From contig CM000151.3 in assembly GCA_000004695.1 (NCBI GenBank), positions 3,648,001 to 3,712,000 of the forward strand: a stretch of 64,000 bases of DNA. The letters run 5' to 3'. The notes under the pieces were generated by a model. It was not told the DNA's origin, ran no database searches, and was given only the letters and a program-made list of their open reading frames with translations. The position numbers and the translations under genes are program-made. Below are positions 60,055-64,000 of the stretch, one piece after another. This stretch comes from Dictyostelium discoideum (lineage: Eukaryota). The first letter of the stretch is position 1. Every line of letters begins with the position of its first letter.

Positions 60055-60091
60055 TTTTTTTTTTTTATATTATATTATATTATATTTCCTA

Positions 60092-60422
60092 TTACTTTAA
60101 TTTTGATAATTCGATATGTAAATCGTTTAATTCTTTATTAGATGAATCACCTTCACAATCGAAATCTGGATAATATGGCATTAAATCAACGATTGAACCA
60201 TTTACAGAAGTTGGTCTATAATAAGTACAACTTCTATAAAAATTTGAATCATAAGGTGGATATAATAAATCTAAAACTGCACAATGTTCATCACCTGATT
60301 GAAATCTATGAATATTATTTTCATTTGGTAATGTTATTTTAACTTTTTCATCATTACTATTTAAAATATTTGTACCTGTATAAATTGCTTTTCCTTGTTT
60401 TTTAACATTACTTGTATTACTT

Positions 60423-60464
<42 letters not shown>

Positions 60465-60886
60465 CAAAAATTGTATAAAAAAAAAAAAAAAAAAAAAATC
60501 AATTATTGTTTCCAAAAAAATAATAATAAAATAATTAAATAAATAAACTCAACTTACTCAATCCAATCAAATGAATCACAACTAATTGAACCATATAAAA
60601 CTTTACTTAAAACAGTCATTTGTGGATGATCATGTGTTGGAATACAAGTATTTGGTGGGAATGCAAAGATTGCCAATGTAAATTTTTCATTTTCAACCAA
60701 TGGATAATAAAATACCTTTTTACCATTACCAATTGGTTTAGTTAATGTTAATGGTTTATCAATCTTTAAATCTTTACATTTGATCTCTTTAAACACTGAA
60801 ACTAATGAATCAAGTGTCGCAACTTTTTTATCAACCGATGGTAAAATTAAATTTGCTTTTGTTATTAATTGTTTCAAAATTGTCAT
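60092..60886 (-). CDS. 2-aminoethanethiol (cysteamine) dioxygenase, ADO/PCO-family cupin, about 218 aa. Two exons: 60558..60886, 60092..60419.
   Basis: FTLAIFAFPPNTCIPTHDHPQMTVLSKVLYGSISCDSFDWIE|D...HRFQSGDEHCAVLDLLYPPYDSNFYRSCTYYRP. Together these give the His-x-His...His cupin iron site and the ADO LDLL.PPY motif. Donor is GA|GTAAGT and acceptor is TTTAAG. Confidence 0.65.
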
Positions 60887-61693
60887 TTTCACATTTATAA
60901 AAAAAATAAAATAAAAAAAAATAGAAAATAAAAAATTGTCACTAAAAAAAAAATAAAAAAAATAAAAAAAAAAAAATAAAAAAATAAAAAAAAAAATTGT
61001 CATCAAAAAAAAAAATAATAAAAGATGGACCACTCATTAATATTATTTAATTCATTATCTTAAACTCAAAAACAAGTTTCGTTTATTATTATATTCTAAA
61101 AAAAATGATTTAAAAAAAAAAAAAAAGAGAAAAAAAAAAAAAAAAAAAAAAAGCTAATACTAAAGTAAAAAAGAAAAAAAAAATTCAAATAATTAAAAAT
61201 AAATTCATCAAATTTTCTATTAGTTTTCCAAAATTGATTTGGATAACCATTAACGAAAAAAATAATAAAAAAAAAAAAAAAAAAAATTTGTAAAAATCTT
61301 TGGGTAGAGTATCACCAAATTAATATGGGATAATAATGGTTAACTTCATCTTAGATATTTTTTTTTATGAGTGAAAAACAATTTTTAATTTTACCCCACA
61401 AAACACGCTGGGTCATTTTCATTAACTTTTTGATTTTTGTAGATTATTTTTAGTTTTTGGAAATTAAAAAAAAAAAAATAAAAAAAAAAAAATAAAAATA
61501 AAAATAAAAATAAATATGAATTAATTAATTTTAATTATTTATTTATTTTTATTTTTATTTTTATTTTTTTTTTTTTTTTTTTTTTTGGATATCAAATTTC
61601 GGGGTTGTGAATTTTGAACTTGTAGTAAATTTTTTTTTTTTTTTTTTTACTTTTCTTTTCAAACCAACAAAGGTAAATAAATAATAAATTAAG

Positions 61694-62435
61694 ATGTTAA
61701 CATTCAAACAATTAAAAGAAACCGAAAAAGATTTCACTGTTGATGAAAATAAATTCAGAGTTGCACCAAGCAATGAAACCTTAATGGAAACTGTCAAGAA
61801 TTTAGAAGCCAAGAACCACAGAGTTTCAGTCGTTGAAAATGAAGCTGATGCTTTAAATTTATTATTAAATGAAATCCCAAAAGGTTCTGAAGTCATGTGC
61901 GCTAGCAGTTGTACCATTGATGAAATCGGTTTCAAGAAAATTTATTTCAGTGATGATTCTCCATTCGTCAACGTTCATAAAAAGATTTTAGCTTTACCAG
62001 CTGATAAACAAGGTAATTTTTAAATTTAAAAAATAATTTTAATAATAATAATAAACTAATAAATTTTTTTTATTTTATTTTTAATTTAAATTAGCTGATG
62101 CTCGTAAAGATGCTTTAACCTCACAATACTTTTTATCATCTGTAACTGCAATCTCCAAAACTGGAAATGTTTATGTTGCCGACGCTTCAGGTACCAGAGT
62201 TGGCGGTTTCACTGCTGCTAAAAATTTAATCATCGTTTCTGGTTATAACAAGATTGTTGATTCTGATGAATTAGCCGTCCAAAGAACTGAACAATTCTGT
62301 TTACCATGTGAAAGTGTTCGTGCTCGTTGGGCTTACAAAGTTCCAGGTTCAATGATTCAAAATCTTTTGGGTATGAAACATGGTGCTCCAAACAAACATC
62401 ACATTATCCTCATTAAAAAATTATTAGGTTATTAA
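61694..62435 (+). CDS. LUD-domain (DUF162, LutC-like) protein, about 219 aa. Two exons: 61694..62012, 62095..62435.
   Basis: ISKTGNVYVADASGTRVGGFTAAKNLIIVSGYNKIV resembles the LutC/YkgG family core (TG..v.....R...l.p...I.v.g..kiv). Codon usage is GC-skewed at third positions (GGT, GCT, GTT, TTC), suggesting high expression. Donor is G|GTAATT and acceptor is TTTAAATTAG. The domain assignment is tentative. Confidence 0.45.
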
Positions 62436-62844
62436 ATTAATAATTAAAAAAAAAAAAAAAAAAAAATAAAAACTAAAAATATAATACGCATAAACTTTTT
62501 TTTTTTTTTTTTTTTTTTCATTTTCTATTTTTAGTTTTTTAAATTTTTTTATTCTTTTTTTTATTTTTTTAATTAATTAAAAAAATGAAAGACAACGATC
62601 TTCATCCTTATTGGGATAAGGCATGCAAATAGCTCGAAAAAAATTAAAGAGCCCAGTAATTACACAACATTATGTTTGCAGAAAAATTTTTTTTTTTTTT
62701 TATTTTTTTATTTATTTTATTTTTAGTTTTTAAGACTTTTCTTATGACATTTTTTGGTGATTGGCGAACAAAAAAAAAACCATCCTCATTATTATTATTA
62801 TTTTTTTTTTTGTTTTTTGTTTATTAAATTTTGGTTTTTTATTA

Positions 62845-62862
62845 AAAATATATATATATATA

Positions 62863-62946
<84 letters not shown>
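62845..62946. repeat. (AAAT)n/(ATAAATAA)n microsatellite.
   Basis: A taaataaataaataaa... tract of about 100 nt. It is the source of the spurious FIYLFIYL ORFs on the minus strand. Confidence 0.9.
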
Positions 62947-63488
62947 GACAACACCAATTAGATAAAGTAAACCAAGAGTAGAATTAAGATTTAAATGTTC
63001 ACAGAATATTATCAAGATGTTAGAATTAAAAATGAATATCAAGGTGTAGTTGATTAATTTCTTTATTAATTTTATAAAATGGTAATTGAAAAACATTTCC
63101 AAATGGTTTTAATTTTAATGAATTAGCTCAATGCTTTAAGAAAATGAATGTTACATATTTAAAAAAATACTACATGTAATTTCAAATTCACAATCAAAAT
63201 AAATATACACAATTATTACAAGATCCACCATTATTTTATACTCAAGATATTTATAACCAAATTTTAGAAATATTTGTTAAATACCGATAGAATCGATGTA
63301 TTTATACCACTTTTAAATTTAATCATGGAAACAAATACACCAATAAATACAAATACAAATACATTGAAAGAAATTACAAAAACAATGGGGTTATAAAACA
63401 AATAGTTCAATTTATTAAAAATTTAGAAGAAAAATTAAGTTATGATCCTAAATCTGATAGTAATATAAATAATATAAATAATAATATG

Positions 63489-63579
<91 letters not shown>

Positions 63580-64000
63580 TAATAATAATAATTTTATAAA
63601 TTTATCATATATTTAAATGGAGATATTTCAATTATTTAAAATATTCAGTAATGATAATAATTTGAATTATTATTATTCAGTTTTACTAGTAATGAAATGT
63701 TTTACCTAGCAATATCCAGTACCAGTTTCAAATATTGCAAATTGGTTTACAATTATTAAATATTGTCAAACAAGTTTAAATTAACAATGGTGGTAGTATA
63801 GCAATTAGTAAAAATAGAATTAATCAATTATTTGAATTAAAGAAACTAGCGATAAAAATTTAACAATTCAAAAATCAACTCAATATCAATTATCATCATA
63901 TGATAGCATAAATTCATTTTCACATTTTGCTCCAATAATTTTAGAACAATATCAAAAGAAAAATCCTTTAAATAATAAAAACAATCAATTATCAAATGAA

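Noticed and set aside
63290-64000. Possible start of another N-rich gene at the right window edge (ATGGAAACAAATACACCAATAAATAC..., (ATA)n at 63490-63590).
   Set aside because: The only clean ORF is 26 codons before a stop. The rest cannot be framed confidently, and the window ends before any domain could be recognised.

Overview
This window is eukaryotic, not prokaryotic. Base composition is extremely AT-rich, with long poly(A)/poly(T) tracts between genes and in-frame CAA/AAT runs that encode polyQ/polyN. Introns are short and open with GTAAGT or GTATGT, and genes sit about 1 per 2.5 kb on both strands. This is the signature of a Dictyostelium-type social amoeba chromosome arm. Because of that, CRISPR arrays, operons and phage-defence logic do not apply, and I found none.

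I annotated 25 protein-coding loci by reading the ORF track, building exon-intron models by hand (donor GTAAGT/GTATGT/GTAAAT, acceptor AG after a T-rich tract, phase bookkeeping) and recognising conserved motifs. The loci, in order:
- ICMT (3' fragment at the window edge)
- SH3-domain protein
- RWD-domain protein
- SURF1
- AP-3 beta adaptin
- CDK9/CDK12-like kinase with huge polyN/polyQ tracts
- N/Q-rich ORF abutting the kinase stop
- two paralogous Frizzled/Smoothened-like 7TM receptors (fsl family), about 25 kb apart on opposite strands
- HSBP1
- 3-ketodihydrosphingosine reductase
- tRNA isopentenyltransferase
- transketolase
- ribonucleotide reductase small subunit
- TerD-domain cAMP-binding protein CABP1 (capA-like)
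- nitrobindin/THAP4-like barrel protein
- beta-trefoil plus transglutaminase-like protein
- ~1260-aa helical-repeat protein, probably mitochondrial
- secreted Ser-Asp-repeat protein with a likely GPI anchor
- TFIP11/STIP G-patch splicing factor
- secreted Cys-rich EGF-like protein
- DRAM/Frag1-family membrane protein
- ~1580-aa LRR plus RGS protein
- cysteamine dioxygenase (ADO/PCO cupin)
- LUD/LutC-like protein

No tRNA or rRNA genes were recognisable.

The most unusual items:
- The CDK gene is followed directly, with no intergenic DNA, by a 537-codon N/Q-rich ORF that overlaps its stop by 8 nt.
- A ~45-copy (CCACTA)n hexamer array sits inside an AP-3 beta intron.
- Two palindromic elements lie in the intergenic DNA on either side of the second fsl gene.
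- Two AT-rich gene deserts (3.5 kb and 4.4 kb) carry GT/CA-rich islands resembling G-box/CAE developmental promoter elements.
- The two fsl paralogs differ in intron number (7 exons versus 4).

All exon coordinates are hand-derived and should be checked against cDNA or a spliced-alignment tool.
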